From assembly GCA_963662545.2 (NCBI GenBank), contig CAXXLL010000003.1, positions 1,344,001 through 1,408,000 on the forward strand: a stretch of 64,000 nucleotides of DNA, in the 5' to 3' direction. A program made the translations under genes and the position numbers. The stretch is from Gammaproteobacteria bacterium (GTDB lineage Bacteria; Pseudomonadota; Gammaproteobacteria; Ga0077536). Position 1 is the stretch's first letter, and the number at the start of each line of letters is the position of its first letter. The notes beneath the pieces were generated by a model. The model was not told where the DNA came from and ran no database searches. It worked only from the letters and a program-made list of their open reading frames with translations. This document shows positions 28,427 to 38,461 of this stretch, piece after piece.

Positions 28427-29404
28427 ATGATCGAAAACACCGGCCCCCGAATTCCTACCGAGCTTCAACCGCAGCCGGGTGACTTCGACTACGACTTGCA
28501 CGATGCCCTCGCCGCGATCGTATCGCTGAGAGCGCGTATCCCCGACGATGCCTTCACCGCACCGATACTCGGCACCGAGCGCGGCGGTCACGGCGTGATG
28601 ATCGGCGACACGAGCTTGATCGTAACGATTGGTTATCTGATCACCGAAGCCGAAGAGATCTGGCTGGTCACACAATCCGGTCACGCCGTACCCGGACATG
28701 TCGTCGGCTACGACTACGAATCAGGCTTAGGTCTGGTGCAGCCGCTGGGCCCACTGGAAGCACCGTCGATGCAGGTCGGAACCACGCGTGCGTTAACGGT
28801 TGGCGAAGACGTGGTCGTCGCTGGATTCGGTGGGCTCGACCAGTCGATCAAGGCGCGCATATCGTCCAAGCGTGAGTTTGCCGGGTATTGGGAATACGTG
28901 CTGGACGAGGCGATTTTCACATCGCCTCCGCATCCGAACTGGGGAGGTGCCGCGCTGATTTCCTCGGCAGGTCATCTCTGCGGCATTGGATCCCTTTACA
29001 TCGATCACGTACTGGCGGAGATTTCGTCGCTGGACGGAAACATGTGCGTTCCCATCGATTTGCTGGAGCCGATAAAAAATGAACTCATGACCTATGGACG
29101 GACGCTCAAGCCCGCACGGCCTTGGCTCGGTGTTTTCATATCCGAAGCGGCTGACAAGTTGATGGTGGCGGGCGCCTATGAGGACGCACCCGCCGCGCAG
29201 GCCGAACTCAGGGCAGGCGACATCGTCGTTGCCGTCGCCGGTGAACCGGTCGCAGGCCTGGCGACGCTGTTTCGAAGCATCTGGGCACTGGGTCCGGCCG
29301 GTACGGAGGTTCCCCTGACCGTGCATCGCGAAGGAAATACCTTCGAGGCGCTGGTGCAGTCGGTCGATCGGCGGGACTTCTGGCGGACCCCCAGCCTTCA
29401 CTGA
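28427..29404 (+). CDS. S1C (HtrA-like) trypsin-fold protein with PDZ domain, catalytic residues degenerate
   Basis: G.GV.I, VVGYD...GLGL, G.L.GI.S and PDZ RPWLGV...PAA.A.LRAGDIVVAV. HPNWGG stands where HtrA has PGNSGG. Confidence 0.82.
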   Translation: MIENTGPRIPTELQPQPGDFDYDLHDALAAIVSLRARIPDDAFTAPILGTERGGHGVMIGDTSLIVTIGYLITEAEEIWLVTQSGHAVPGHVVGYDYESGLGLVQPLGPLEAPSMQVGTTRALTVGEDVVVAGFGGLDQSIKARISSKREFAGYWEYVLDEAIFTSPPHPNWGGAALISSAGHLCGIGSLYIDHVLAEISSLDGNMCVPIDLLEPIKNELMTYGRTLKPARPWLGVFISEAADKLMVAGAYEDAPAAQAELRAGDIVVAVAGEPVAGLATLFRSIWALGPAGTEVPLTVHREGNTFEALVQSVDRRDFWRTPSLH

Positions 29405-29483
29405 CGTCCCGGTTTAGAGATGAACAGATGTTCCGTCGATTTATCCGCGAAACGGCCCACGTTTGAATTACGCATCGGGGGTT

Positions 29484-31016
29484 ATGACCATGCCAGATGA
29501 CAACGATCACAATATCGTAGCGCAACCGAATATCGACGAGCTACGCGCCGCCGCCGCGCGGCTGCATTTCGAATTGAGCGATGATGAACTCGAGATGTAT
29601 GCCGGTCTCATGGAAGGCATGGTCGGGGATTTCAATCTCATCGACTCTCTGGAAGCGCCGAAACTACCGGTTAAATATCCGCGCGATGCAGGTTATCGAC
29701 CGGATGCCGGTGAAAACCCGCTGAATGCCTGGTGTTGGAAAGCTTCAATCAAGGGTGCGGCGAGCGGCAAACTCGCCGGCAAAAAACTGGTCGTGAAGGA
29801 CAATATCGGCGTCGCGGGGATACCGATGTCCAACGGCTCGAAAGTATTCGAAGGTTTCATTCCCGACGAAGACGCGACGGTCGTTACCCGCGTGCTCGAC
29901 GCCGGCGGGGAAATTCTGGGCAAAGCCGTGTGTGAAAATTTCTGTTTTTCAGGCGGCAGTCATACGTCTGCCACAGGCCCCGTACTGAATCCCCATAATT
30001 CGGACTATATGAGCGGCGGTTCGTCGAGCGGCTGCGCGGCGCTCATTGTCGCGGGCGAGTGCGACATGGCGATCGGCGGCGATCAAGGCGGCTCCATCCG
30101 CATGCCGAGTTCATTTTCTGGATGTTACGGGATCAAGCCGAGTTACGGTCTCGTACCCTATACGGGCGCCTGCCCCATCGAGCAGAGTGTCGATCACCTG
30201 GGGCCGATGGCGGGAAACAGCGCCGACTGCGCGCTGCTGCTCGAAGTGCTCGCCGGTTACGACGACGGGCTCGATCCCCGCCAGCCGGCAAACCTGCAGC
30301 CAAAACCCTATGTCAGCGCGCTGGAGAAGGGCGCGGATGGATTGCGCCTGGGCATAGTTAAGCAGGGTTTCGGCACGCCGCTATCAGAACCGGACGTCGA
30401 CGAGATGGTACGCGAGGCGGCGCATCGCATGGAAAAGGCCGGCGCCGTCGTCGAAGAGGTCTCCATCCCCATGCATGTCCAGGCGGCCAGCATCACACTC
30501 ACCAGCATGCTCGATGGCACGCTTTCGACGTTTACGGACCAGGGTACCAACGGACCCAATCCCAAGGGCCATAACGTCATGGAGGCGATCCGGTTCTTCC
30601 AGAAGGCGCGCAAGAAACGCGCAGCCGATTTTCCGGTTACCGTCAAAACCGTGTTGCTGTTTGCCCAGGCCATGCGTGAACGCTATGGAAACTATTATTC
30701 CGCCAAGGCGCAGAACCTGATCCGCAACGTCCGCGCCGCCTACGAAAAAGCATTCACTCATTACGACATCCTCGTGATGCCAACGACCGTAATGAAAGCT
30801 CACCGCATTCCGCCGTCGGATGCGCCCGCTGAGATCATCTGGACCCTCGCGCTCGACATGATCGGCAATACGGCGCCGTTTGATGGAACGGGGCACCCCT
30901 CGATGAGCGTACCGGCCGGGATGTCTAACGGACTGCCGGTCGGCATGATGTTCACGGGACGCTACGGCGAGGACGATGTCGTTTTGCGAACGGGGCATGC
31001 GTTCGAGAAGATCTGA
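29484..31016 (+). CDS. Amidase signature family protein
   Basis: VVKDN, GGSSSG, GGDQGGSIRMPS and NTAPFDGTGHP.MSVP. Confidence 0.94.
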   Translation: MTMPDDNDHNIVAQPNIDELRAAAARLHFELSDDELEMYAGLMEGMVGDFNLIDSLEAPKLPVKYPRDAGYRPDAGENPLNAWCWKASIKGAASGKLAGKKLVVKDNIGVAGIPMSNGSKVFEGFIPDEDATVVTRVLDAGGEILGKAVCENFCFSGGSHTSATGPVLNPHNSDYMSGGSSSGCAALIVAGECDMAIGGDQGGSIRMPSSFSGCYGIKPSYGLVPYTGACPIEQSVDHLGPMAGNSADCALLLEVLAGYDDGLDPRQPANLQPKPYVSALEKGADGLRLGIVKQGFGTPLSEPDVDEMVREAAHRMEKAGAVVEEVSIPMHVQAASITLTSMLDGTLSTFTDQGTNGPNPKGHNVMEAIRFFQKARKKRAADFPVTVKTVLLFAQAMRERYGNYYSAKAQNLIRNVRAAYEKAFTHYDILVMPTTVMKAHRIPPSDAPAEIIWTLALDMIGNTAPFDGTGHPSMSVPAGMSNGLPVGMMFTGRYGEDDVVLRTGHAFEKI

Positions 31017-31176
31017 GATATTTTCATCGGAAAGACGTCCGGAACTCGCGCGAGGCGAAGGGCTGGACCCCGTTTCCCCCGGCATTCGAGGGTGCCGCCG
31101 AACGACCGTCTACCCCGATGGTAACCATGGCCGAAAACGGCCAGTATCGAACGCCTTGGTGCGCTAGGATCGTTCC

Positions 31177-32667
31177 ATGTTGAACGACCACGAAGCCTGC
31201 TACCGCGTTATTGAAACAGGCGATTCGCGGTTCGACGGCCGCATCTATACCGGCGTCAAAACGACCGGGATCTATTGCCGGCCGGTGTGCCCGGCGCGCA
31301 CGCCGAGCCGTCGGAGCGTCGAATTCTTCCCCAGTGCAGCTGCCGCACAAAACGCCGGCTACCGGCCTTGTCTGCGATGCCGCCCAGAACTGTCGCCGGC
31401 GCCCGGTAACACCGGGGAGTTTCCGGATGTCGTGACCCGCGCGCTGGACTTGATTACGGACGGCGCACTTGACGAAGACGGCATTCCGGCGCTGGCCGCG
31501 CGGGTCGGGATCAGTGAACGTCAACTGCGCCGGCTGTTCCTTGAGCACCTCGGCGCCTCACCGTTGAAGATCGTCCAGACGCGTCGAGTCTTGTTCGCGA
31601 AACAATTGCTGCACGATACGAAACTATCGATGGCGGAAGTTGCGATGGCTGCCGGTTTTGGCAGCATTCGCCGGTTCAACGCGACTTTCACAACACTGTT
31701 CGGCAGGCCGCCGCGCTCGCTGCGGCGCGAAACGACGAACCGAGGTGCGCATGCGCGTAGCCACCATGACGGCAATTGGATCGAATTGCGCCTCGGCTTT
31801 CGCCCCCCATTAGACTGGGATTTCTTTTTGAGCTTCTACCGCGCCCGCGCGATACCGGGGCTCGAAACGATTGTAGACGAGTGCTATCGCCGCGTGATCG
31901 CGCTGAACGGAGGCGTCGGTCAGATCGAAGTGCGTCCGGGCGGCGCCGACTATCTAATCGGCGCGATCCGTTTCGATGATGTCACCGCCCTGCCTGCCAT
32001 CGTCTACCGCTTGCGTAACGCCTTCGATCTCGATGCCGACCCCCTGTTGATCAACCAGCATCTCGCGACGGACCGCGTATTACGGGATGCCATCGCCGCA
32101 CGGCCCGGTCTGCGGGTCGTCGGGAATTGGGATCCGTTCGAACAGGCCGTGCGCGCCGTTCTCGGTCAGCAAATAAGCGTGACCGCCGCGCGGAACCTCG
32201 CGGGACGCCTGGTTGCGCGATGGGGCGAGCCGGTGGCGATCGACGGTGAAGACGAACTTCGTTTCGCGTTCCCGACACCCGCACGCCTGGCCGACGCGGA
32301 CATCGCATCACTCGGCATGCCGAGGCGTCGCGGCGCGGCCGTCTCGGCCCTGGCAAAAGCGGTCCTGGCGAATACTGATTTTCTCAATCGCGGGGCGTCC
32401 CTGAATGAAGACCTGCGGCGGCTCGAAGGACTGCCCGGGTTTGGAAAATGGACGGCGAATTACATCGCCATGCGCGCCATGCGCGAGCCGGACGCATTTC
32501 CCGCGAGCGATATCGGATTATTGAGGGCCTTGGCGCAGAAAGACGGCCGGCGTCCGACGCCGGACGAAGCGCTCGTGCGGGCAGAACGTTGGCGGCCGTG
32601 GCGGGCGTATGCGGCGCAACATCTGTGGGCAAAGGACGCGATTTCAGGTGGTGAGGTAAAGGCTTAG
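31177..32667 (+). CDS. alkA: AdaA-AlkA fusion (Ada metal-binding domain, AraC HTH, 3-methyladenine DNA glycosylase II)
   Basis: TTGIYCRPVCPA, GYRPCLRCRP, AraC GFGSIRRFN, HhH LPGFGKWTA, DAFPASD and W.PWRAYA. Confidence 0.93.
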   Translation: MLNDHEACYRVIETGDSRFDGRIYTGVKTTGIYCRPVCPARTPSRRSVEFFPSAAAAQNAGYRPCLRCRPELSPAPGNTGEFPDVVTRALDLITDGALDEDGIPALAARVGISERQLRRLFLEHLGASPLKIVQTRRVLFAKQLLHDTKLSMAEVAMAAGFGSIRRFNATFTTLFGRPPRSLRRETTNRGAHARSHHDGNWIELRLGFRPPLDWDFFLSFYRARAIPGLETIVDECYRRVIALNGGVGQIEVRPGGADYLIGAIRFDDVTALPAIVYRLRNAFDLDADPLLINQHLATDRVLRDAIAARPGLRVVGNWDPFEQAVRAVLGQQISVTAARNLAGRLVARWGEPVAIDGEDELRFAFPTPARLADADIASLGMPRRRGAAVSALAKAVLANTDFLNRGASLNEDLRRLEGLPGFGKWTANYIAMRAMREPDAFPASDIGLLRALAQKDGRRPTPDEALVRAERWRPWRAYAAQHLWAKDAISGGEVKA

Positions 32668-32685
32668 TTCGCCGAGCAGGAGGAC

Positions 32686-33243
32686 GTGACGATGACGACG
32701 AAAACCATGCGATTCAGGGTCGATCGCCTGACGTCCCCAGTGGGCAAGATGTTGATCGTACAGGACGACCGCGAGCGCTTGCGCGCGCTCGACTGGGAGA
32801 ATTACGAGGACCGTATGATCCGCCTCTTCGACCGCTACTACGGCAAGGCCAATGTCGAATTGATCGATGGAGACGGTAGCGGTCGTGTGGTCGAAGCGTT
32901 GACTCGCTATATCGCCGGTGATCTGGACGCGATCGACAAGCTCCAAGTCGAGACGCAAGGCACCGTGTTCCAGCGCCGGGTGTGGCGCGAGCTACGCCGG
33001 ATCCCCTGTGGAGAAACCTGGACTTACGGCGAACTCGCCCGTCGTATCGGCAAACCCCGGGCGTCCCGCGCCGTGGGCCTCGCGAACGGCGCTAATCCAA
33101 TCGGCATCGTCGTGCCCTGCCACCGGGTGATCGGCGCCGATCACAGCCTGACCGGCTACGGCAGCGGTCTCGAGCGCAAACGCTGGCTGCTCGAGCACGA
33201 GGGCGTGAGCCTCGATGGGTCGCGACAAATGTCGCTGGTTTAA
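32686..33243 (+). CDS. ogt: Methylated-DNA--protein-cysteine S-methyltransferase
   Basis: GT.FQ..VW, TYGELA, RAVG.ANG.NP and active site VPCHRV. Confidence 0.95.
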   Translation: MTMTTKTMRFRVDRLTSPVGKMLIVQDDRERLRALDWENYEDRMIRLFDRYYGKANVELIDGDGSGRVVEALTRYIAGDLDAIDKLQVETQGTVFQRRVWRELRRIPCGETWTYGELARRIGKPRASRAVGLANGANPIGIVVPCHRVIGADHSLTGYGSGLERKRWLLEHEGVSLDGSRQMSLV

Positions 33244-33263
33244 AGGGAAGACACCGCGGCTGA

Positions 33264-33677
33264 TCAGATAGGGACGTCCCAATCGACCGCGGCGCCGAGC
33301 ATCGCTTTCACCTCGTCGGGAGTCGTCATTTTTTCGAGCGTGACCGGCTTCACGCTTACGCAGACCAAGCGCGCTTTGAAAATCGTGCGGTCGTCGACTT
33401 TTCCGATGAAACCAAAGTCAAATGAGGTCGTGCCGTAGCGGACGACCGCCGTATCGACCTTAAGTATGTCCGCGTCGCGCGCTGAACTTTTCCACTCGAC
33501 GGCGGAACGCACGATCATCCACTCCCAGCCGAGTTCGCGGTAATTACCTTTGGGAGACACGCTGCGAACCCAGATCTCGGTCGCCTCGTCAATATAGATC
33601 ATGTAGTTCGCAAAATAGACCACGCCCTGCTGATCGCATTCGCCGTATCGGACGCGTAACTGATGTTGGTAAGGCAT
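33264..33677 (-). CDS. 4HBT/YbgC-type acyl-CoA thioesterase
   Basis: RVRYGECDQQGVVYFANY hotdog motif. Start placed at ATG 33677. Confidence 0.88.
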   Translation of the reverse strand: MPYQHQLRVRYGECDQQGVVYFANYMIYIDEATEIWVRSVSPKGNYRELGWEWMIVRSAVEWKSSARDADILKVDTAVVRYGTTSFDFGFIGKVDDRTIFKARLVCVSVKPVTLEKMTTPDEVKAMLGAAVDWDVPI

Positions 33678-33741
33678 CGATATTTTTCCTGTCCAATCCC
33701 GACGGCTTGACGACACGACAGAGAATCGTGACCCTTGTCCT

Positions 33742-34350
33742 ATGCTCACCATCGACGAAATTCGAACTGCAATTCAGAGCCGCCCGCATGAACCGGCGGC
33801 ATTCCGAGCGGACCCCAGTCACGCCTGCGTCGCCATGATTCTTGCAGGTGATGATAACAAGCTCGATGCGTGTTTCATTCGACGAGCCGAGCACGAACAC
33901 GACCCGTGGTCGGGCCAGGTCGCATTTCCGGGTGGTCGTGCGGAACCGAGCGACAAGGATGCGGCATCGGTGGCGGAACGCGAGACGTTTGAGGAAATCG
34001 GGGTGCGACTCGAACCGCACCATCGCATCGGTCCGCTGCCGATCAGGCCGATACAAAGGCGCGATAGGCGCATCGACATGACCCTGTCGCCCTTTGTCTA
34101 CTACGTCGGCGTCGACGGGCATGCGACGGCAAGCGTACGCCAATCCCGTGAAGTGGCGAGCGTATTCTGGGTGCCGCTAAAGCATTTATTTGACGAGGCT
34201 GCGACGACGGAGCTGGAGTATCCCTTCAACGGTCAACTGACCACTTTTCCGGGTATTCGTTTTGAAGATCACGTCATCTGGGGCCTGACGCTCCGCGTTC
34301 TCGAAAGTTTTGCGGATGTGATGAGACTTTCTTTGCCCGCGCTGGACTGA
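33742..34350 (+). CDS. Nudix CoA pyrophosphatase (NudL-like)
   Basis: DPWSGQVAFPGG, Nudix box A.RETFEEIG, EVA.VFWVPL and IWGLT. Confidence 0.9.
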   Translation: MLTIDEIRTAIQSRPHEPAAFRADPSHACVAMILAGDDNKLDACFIRRAEHEHDPWSGQVAFPGGRAEPSDKDAASVAERETFEEIGVRLEPHHRIGPLPIRPIQRRDRRIDMTLSPFVYYVGVDGHATASVRQSREVASVFWVPLKHLFDEAATTELEYPFNGQLTTFPGIRFEDHVIWGLTLRVLESFADVMRLSLPALD

Positions 34351-34377
34351 CTTTACCGGTGGAGATCCGGGCAGCGT

Positions 34378-35280
34378 TTAATGAAGCGCCGCCTTGACGG
34401 CCTCTACTTCGTTTCGAGACTCTTCGAGTTTCTCCAGCGCCGTTTCACCCGTCAGCTTCAAGCGCTCGAGAGCAGGGATGGTGTCGAGGTCGACAGTATT
34501 CTCGACGCCTTTCCGGTGACGTGCCAGCAGATTGGCCACGGTGATTACATCGGTCAGGTCCGCAGGCCCTACATGTGTGCGGTCGAGGGTCTCATGTTCG
34601 TCGATCGCTTCGACGAGGGCCGGTGGAAAATCCCAATCCTCGAGGATCGCGCGGCCGATGCCGGTATGCCAATCGGCGATAATGTCCTCGATCGCTTCTT
34701 TGTCCTCGAACAATTCGGGGGAATCGCTCATCCGCGAGTAGACATAAAATATTCCGATGTCATGGATGAGTCCGGCCAGCACCGCGTCTTCCGGATTGAC
34801 GCATCTGGCGCTTCGCGCCAATACACAGGCAATGGCGGCGGTTTCAACGCTATGCTCCCACAAGGCCCGTAATTCACTACGCAATACGATGTATTTCTTC
34901 GCGTTCATGATTTGGCGCGTCGCCAGCGCCACCGCCAGGTTTCGCAACATGTCGAAGCCGAGGCGATTGATCACGGACGTCAGATTGGAGAGAGGCTCGC
35001 CGCCGCGCTGTAGCATGACGGAGTTCGCCATTCTGAAAAGCGTGGCGGTGAAAACCGGCTCGCTCTGCACAACTTGAGCGACGAGTTTCGTGGTCGCCTT
35101 GGGATCGTTTAAGACCTGCTGGATCTGGATGACCGCGTCAGGGAAAGACGGGAGGTGCAGGGTGCCCGTCATGAGTTCATTGGCCAATCGTTCCACGAAC
35201 CGAAAAACGACGTCGGCCTCGCCTATATCGGACGTGTCTCGGGAAATCGCGGTTGCATGACTCATGGTGGAGGCATTCAT
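34378..35280 (-). CDS. HDOD domain protein
   Basis: LPSFP, EP.F...L...ANS, RLG, LWEHS and AGLIHDIG. Confidence 0.88.
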   Translation of the reverse strand: MNASTMSHATAISRDTSDIGEADVVFRFVERLANELMTGTLHLPSFPDAVIQIQQVLNDPKATTKLVAQVVQSEPVFTATLFRMANSVMLQRGGEPLSNLTSVINRLGFDMLRNLAVALATRQIMNAKKYIVLRSELRALWEHSVETAAIACVLARSARCVNPEDAVLAGLIHDIGIFYVYSRMSDSPELFEDKEAIEDIIADWHTGIGRAILEDWDFPPALVEAIDEHETLDRTHVGPADLTDVITVANLLARHRKGVENTVDLDTIPALERLKLTGETALEKLEESRNEVEAVKAALH

Positions 35281-35459
35281 TGAGGTGCGGTCTCCTGGAC
35301 CTGCATGGACGGTCCCATTCAGACGGATCACGGCTCTTCGTACACGCTAGAATTTATCGGCCTCAGGCGCGGGATCTTGAGGCTGCCGAGACTTCGACAG
35401 TGGGATATTCGTTGAACACCAACGTACGTGCGGGCCCGGCCGACCTCAAATCCGGCAGG

Positions 35460-35954
35460 TCAGAATCGTCCCTTGACGTTCGGCTTTAGCTGGATGTGAA
35501 AGGTCAGCGCCTCGATCATCGCTCTTGCCCTGGGGGTGGATTCTCCGAATCGCACGACCAGATCGAGATTCGTCTTGAGCGGCAGTTCGCGATCGGTATT
35601 GATGCGGAACAGGGTGGCGGCTCGTTGGTTCGGCGTCACGGCGTGATCGAAGGCTCGAGTGAACAATAATTCGCCGCGCCGAAAAACATCGATTGAATAG
35701 CTGACGCTCACTGTTTCGAGTGACCCGCCTCGATCATGCGGCGCGCGTTCGAAATAGACCTCCGCAAAATATTGTCCCCGGCGGGTCAGGTAAAGCGGCA
35801 AGGTGACCTCGGGTTCGGCCGCGAACGCAACGGTGTGATTGAATACGATCGAATTCGGCCGCGTCGGCCCCTCGGTCGCACCGACGGGCAAACCGAAGGT
35901 CACGAGTAAGGCGGTCAGAATGACCCCAGGAATGATTAATCGTAAAACCGACAT
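35460..35954 (-). CDS. Hypothetical exported protein
   Basis: N-terminal hydrophobic signal peptide and beta-rich body. No family recognised. Confidence 0.55.
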   Translation of the reverse strand: MSVLRLIIPGVILTALLVTFGLPVGATEGPTRPNSIVFNHTVAFAAEPEVTLPLYLTRRGQYFAEVYFERAPHDRGGSLETVSVSYSIDVFRRGELLFTRAFDHAVTPNQRAATLFRINTDRELPLKTNLDLVVRFGESTPRARAMIEALTFHIQLKPNVKGRF

Positions 35955-36010
35955 GGAAATAATCCTGACTGAACGTGCTGGTTTAGAGTCCGGTCATCGC
36001 GTGAAGTTCT

Positions 36011-36074
36011 TTCGCTCGCAAGCGGGCTCCTACGGAGGCGCCGTTCATGTAGTAGGAGCCCGCTTGCGGGCGAA
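36011..36074. repeat. Inverted pair of GTAG-type REP elements (REPIN-like)
   Basis: TTCGCTCGCAAGCGGGCTCCTAC (36011-36033) and GTAGGAGCCCGCTTGCGGGCGAA (36052-36074). Confidence 0.85.
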
Positions 36075-36150
36075 CCATTCACGGTCCACCCGGCACCTTT
36101 CGTCGTCGCTGCTGTCGAACAGCTAGTGCCCTCGACATGGAGGTAAACCC

Positions 36151-36624
36151 ATGCGGCACCTGATCGTCAGCTTCGTCTTGATCGGTCTACCGCCTTTGGG
36201 AGAGGAGGCCCTGCCCGCCGCTCCGCTCGACGTTGAGGTCGGCCGCCAGGCGGTCGAACTGCGCAAACCGCTGGTGGTTCGAATGGAGGGCGCGCGGCTG
36301 ATCCTGTTCGTCCGCGACCTGTCCGGTCTCGATATCGCCGATCATGGCGCGCGCGACGCGCTCGAATGGGCCGTGCCTACGGGTTCGGTCAGCGCCTATT
36401 TGACGGGCGCGGACGGTCGGCAGCTCAAGCTTGAACACACGGGATATTCCTACTACCGCGGCGTTAGAGGATTGCTGCTCACTCATTCAAACGGAGCCGT
36501 CGACAAGACGCCGGAACTCTACCGCCAGCTTGAACTCGATGCCAAATTTGCCCTAAAAGGCGTGCGTTTGGTGTGGTTGGACCGCGGCGCCCGCCAGGTC
36601 TGGGACATCAATCCCGGCCTTTGA
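36151..36624 (+). CDS. Hypothetical exported protein
   Basis: Strong RBS GGAGGT and hydrophobic N-terminus. No family recognised. Confidence 0.6.
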   Translation: MRHLIVSFVLIGLPPLGEEALPAAPLDVEVGRQAVELRKPLVVRMEGARLILFVRDLSGLDIADHGARDALEWAVPTGSVSAYLTGADGRQLKLEHTGYSYYRGVRGLLLTHSNGAVDKTPELYRQLELDAKFALKGVRLVWLDRGARQVWDINPGL

Positions 36625-36653
36625 GCACGGACTTAAACGATCGACTCAGGCTG

Positions 36654-36818
36654 CTAGTGTGCCGTCCCGTAAATATATTCCACAATTCGCTGGTTCTTTT
36701 TGCCCCTGGCGGCGTTGCTCGTCGGAGTGTAGAGCCCGCTACACGGCGTCCTCGCGCCTTGCCAGGAACAAAAATTCCTGCGCGACTTATGAAATATATT
36801 TACGGGACGGCACACTAG
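36654..36818. mobile_element. 165-bp MITE-like element with 26-bp perfect terminal inverted repeats
   Basis: CTAGTGTGCCGTCCCGTAAATATATT (36654-36679) and its exact reverse complement (36793-36818). No coding capacity. Confidence 0.82.
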
Positions 36819-36838
36819 GGAATCGTAGCTAAACGGGC

Positions 36839-38257
36839 TCACACGCCGATCGAGGGTCGCCGGCGGCCCGCGTCGGAAAGGGTTTCGAATGCGTGGGCCA
36901 ACTGCAGCACGGCGAAATCCTGCCACCTCGGACCGACGATCTGCAAGCCGATGGGTAAACCAGATGCCGTGAATCCGGCCGGCACGGAAATCGCGGGACA
37001 GCCGGTCACGGTGATGGCATAGCACACGCCCATCCAATCCAGATAAGTTTCCATTTCGACGTCGTTAATGCGTGTGACCCACTCCTGCTCGACGGGAAAG
37101 GGCGGCACCTGCGCCGCGGGACAGAGCAGATAGTCGTAACGCTCGAAAAATGCGGCAACCCGTTCGATCAATGCCGCTCTTTCAATCTCGGCCCGCGTGA
37201 TGTCGTCGACGGTGAGGGCCAGGCCTTTTTCGACGTTCCAGGCGACCGTGTCCTTGAGTTCATCGCGGTGCTGCCGGTAATCGTCGCCCAGTTTCACCGT
37301 GAACAACCACGCCCGCAGGGTCTGGAAGATTTCATCCGCACCGGCGAGGTCGGGTTCGGCACGTTCGATGGTGCACCCAAGCACCTCGAATGCCGAAAGT
37401 TGGCGTTCGAGCACGTCCACCACTTCCCGATCGACCTCATAGCGCCCAAGATCAGGTGACCATGCCAGCTGTACGCCTTCCCAATCGGTGGCAAGAGCAC
37501 GGCGGAAAGATGCCCCGGGCTCGGGTAGCGATATCGGCACACGCGGATCGGGGCCGGCCATAACCGAGAGCAACAGGGCGATGTCTTCGGCCGATCGGGC
37601 CATCGGGCCCGCCACGCCCAGCGGATCGCTGGAAAACGATCGCGGCCAGCTCGGGACCCGCCCGGGACTCGGCCGGAATCCAAGGACGTTGCAGAATGAC
37701 GCGGGGTTTCTGAGCGACCCGCCGAGGTCACTGCCGTCGGCGATCGACAGCATCCCACAGGCCAGCGCCACAGCCGCGCCGCCGCTGCTGCCACCGCAGG
37801 TTTTGCTGAGGTCGTAGGGATTGCGGGTGGCTCCGAACACGGTGTTAAAGGTCTGCGAACCCGCGCCGAATTCGGGCACGTTGGTTTTGCCGATGACTAT
37901 TGCACCGGCCTCCTTCAAGCGCTTGACGATCAATTCGTCGACGTCCGGCACGAAATCACGGTAGATGGGCGAGCCGAAGGTGGTCCGGATCCCCTTCGTG
38001 AGGACCAGGTCTTTGATCGCAATCGGCAGACCATAGAGTGGCTTGTCGTCAATGTCTTTACGTTGCTCATCGAAGCTTTTCGCGGTTTCCCTGGCTGCCT
38101 CGGCATCCAGGCTGACGATGGCATTGACCTGCCCGTTGACGGTTTCGATGCGTGCCAGAGATGCATCCATGAGCTCGGTGACGCCAAGCTCGCGCCGCTT
38201 GATCGAAGCCGCGAGCGCCGCGGCGGAACGGTAGTACAAGGGTTCGAAATCGCTCAT
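36839..38257 (-). CDS. Amidase signature family protein
   Basis: GLPIAIKD, GKTNVPEF, GGSSGG and GSDLGGSLRNPA. Confidence 0.94.
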   Translation of the reverse strand: MSDFEPLYYRSAAALAASIKRRELGVTELMDASLARIETVNGQVNAIVSLDAEAARETAKSFDEQRKDIDDKPLYGLPIAIKDLVLTKGIRTTFGSPIYRDFVPDVDELIVKRLKEAGAIVIGKTNVPEFGAGSQTFNTVFGATRNPYDLSKTCGGSSGGAAVALACGMLSIADGSDLGGSLRNPASFCNVLGFRPSPGRVPSWPRSFSSDPLGVAGPMARSAEDIALLLSVMAGPDPRVPISLPEPGASFRRALATDWEGVQLAWSPDLGRYEVDREVVDVLERQLSAFEVLGCTIERAEPDLAGADEIFQTLRAWLFTVKLGDDYRQHRDELKDTVAWNVEKGLALTVDDITRAEIERAALIERVAAFFERYDYLLCPAAQVPPFPVEQEWVTRINDVEMETYLDWMGVCYAITVTGCPAISVPAGFTASGLPIGLQIVGPRWQDFAVLQLAHAFETLSDAGRRRPSIGV

Positions 38258-38310
38258 CTTCCCAGGGTCTTTACCGTGCGCGGTTTTGCTGCAGTCGTCA
38301 AAGTTGTCAA

Positions 38311-38333
38311 TTCGCCCGCAAGCGGGCTCTTAC
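38311..38333 (-). repeat. Single REP copy of the 36011-36074 family
   Basis: TTCGCCCGCAAGCGGGCTCTTAC, one mismatch to the reverse complement of 36052-36074. Confidence 0.75.
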
Positions 38334-38461
38334 GGATTGGCACGCATAGAAGTCCGCTTGCGCGCGATTGACATGTTGGCGGTACATTCCCGAAAAATGC
38401 GCGGTTATACTTCGCGTCTCGTTAAACCATTAGGGACATTCTAATCCGTGGGGGAAACTCG

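Noticed and set aside
38368-38411. Sigma70 promoter from TTGACA plus TACATT or TATACT
   Set aside because: Spacing between the hexamers does not fit 16-18 bp, so no specific promoter can be called.
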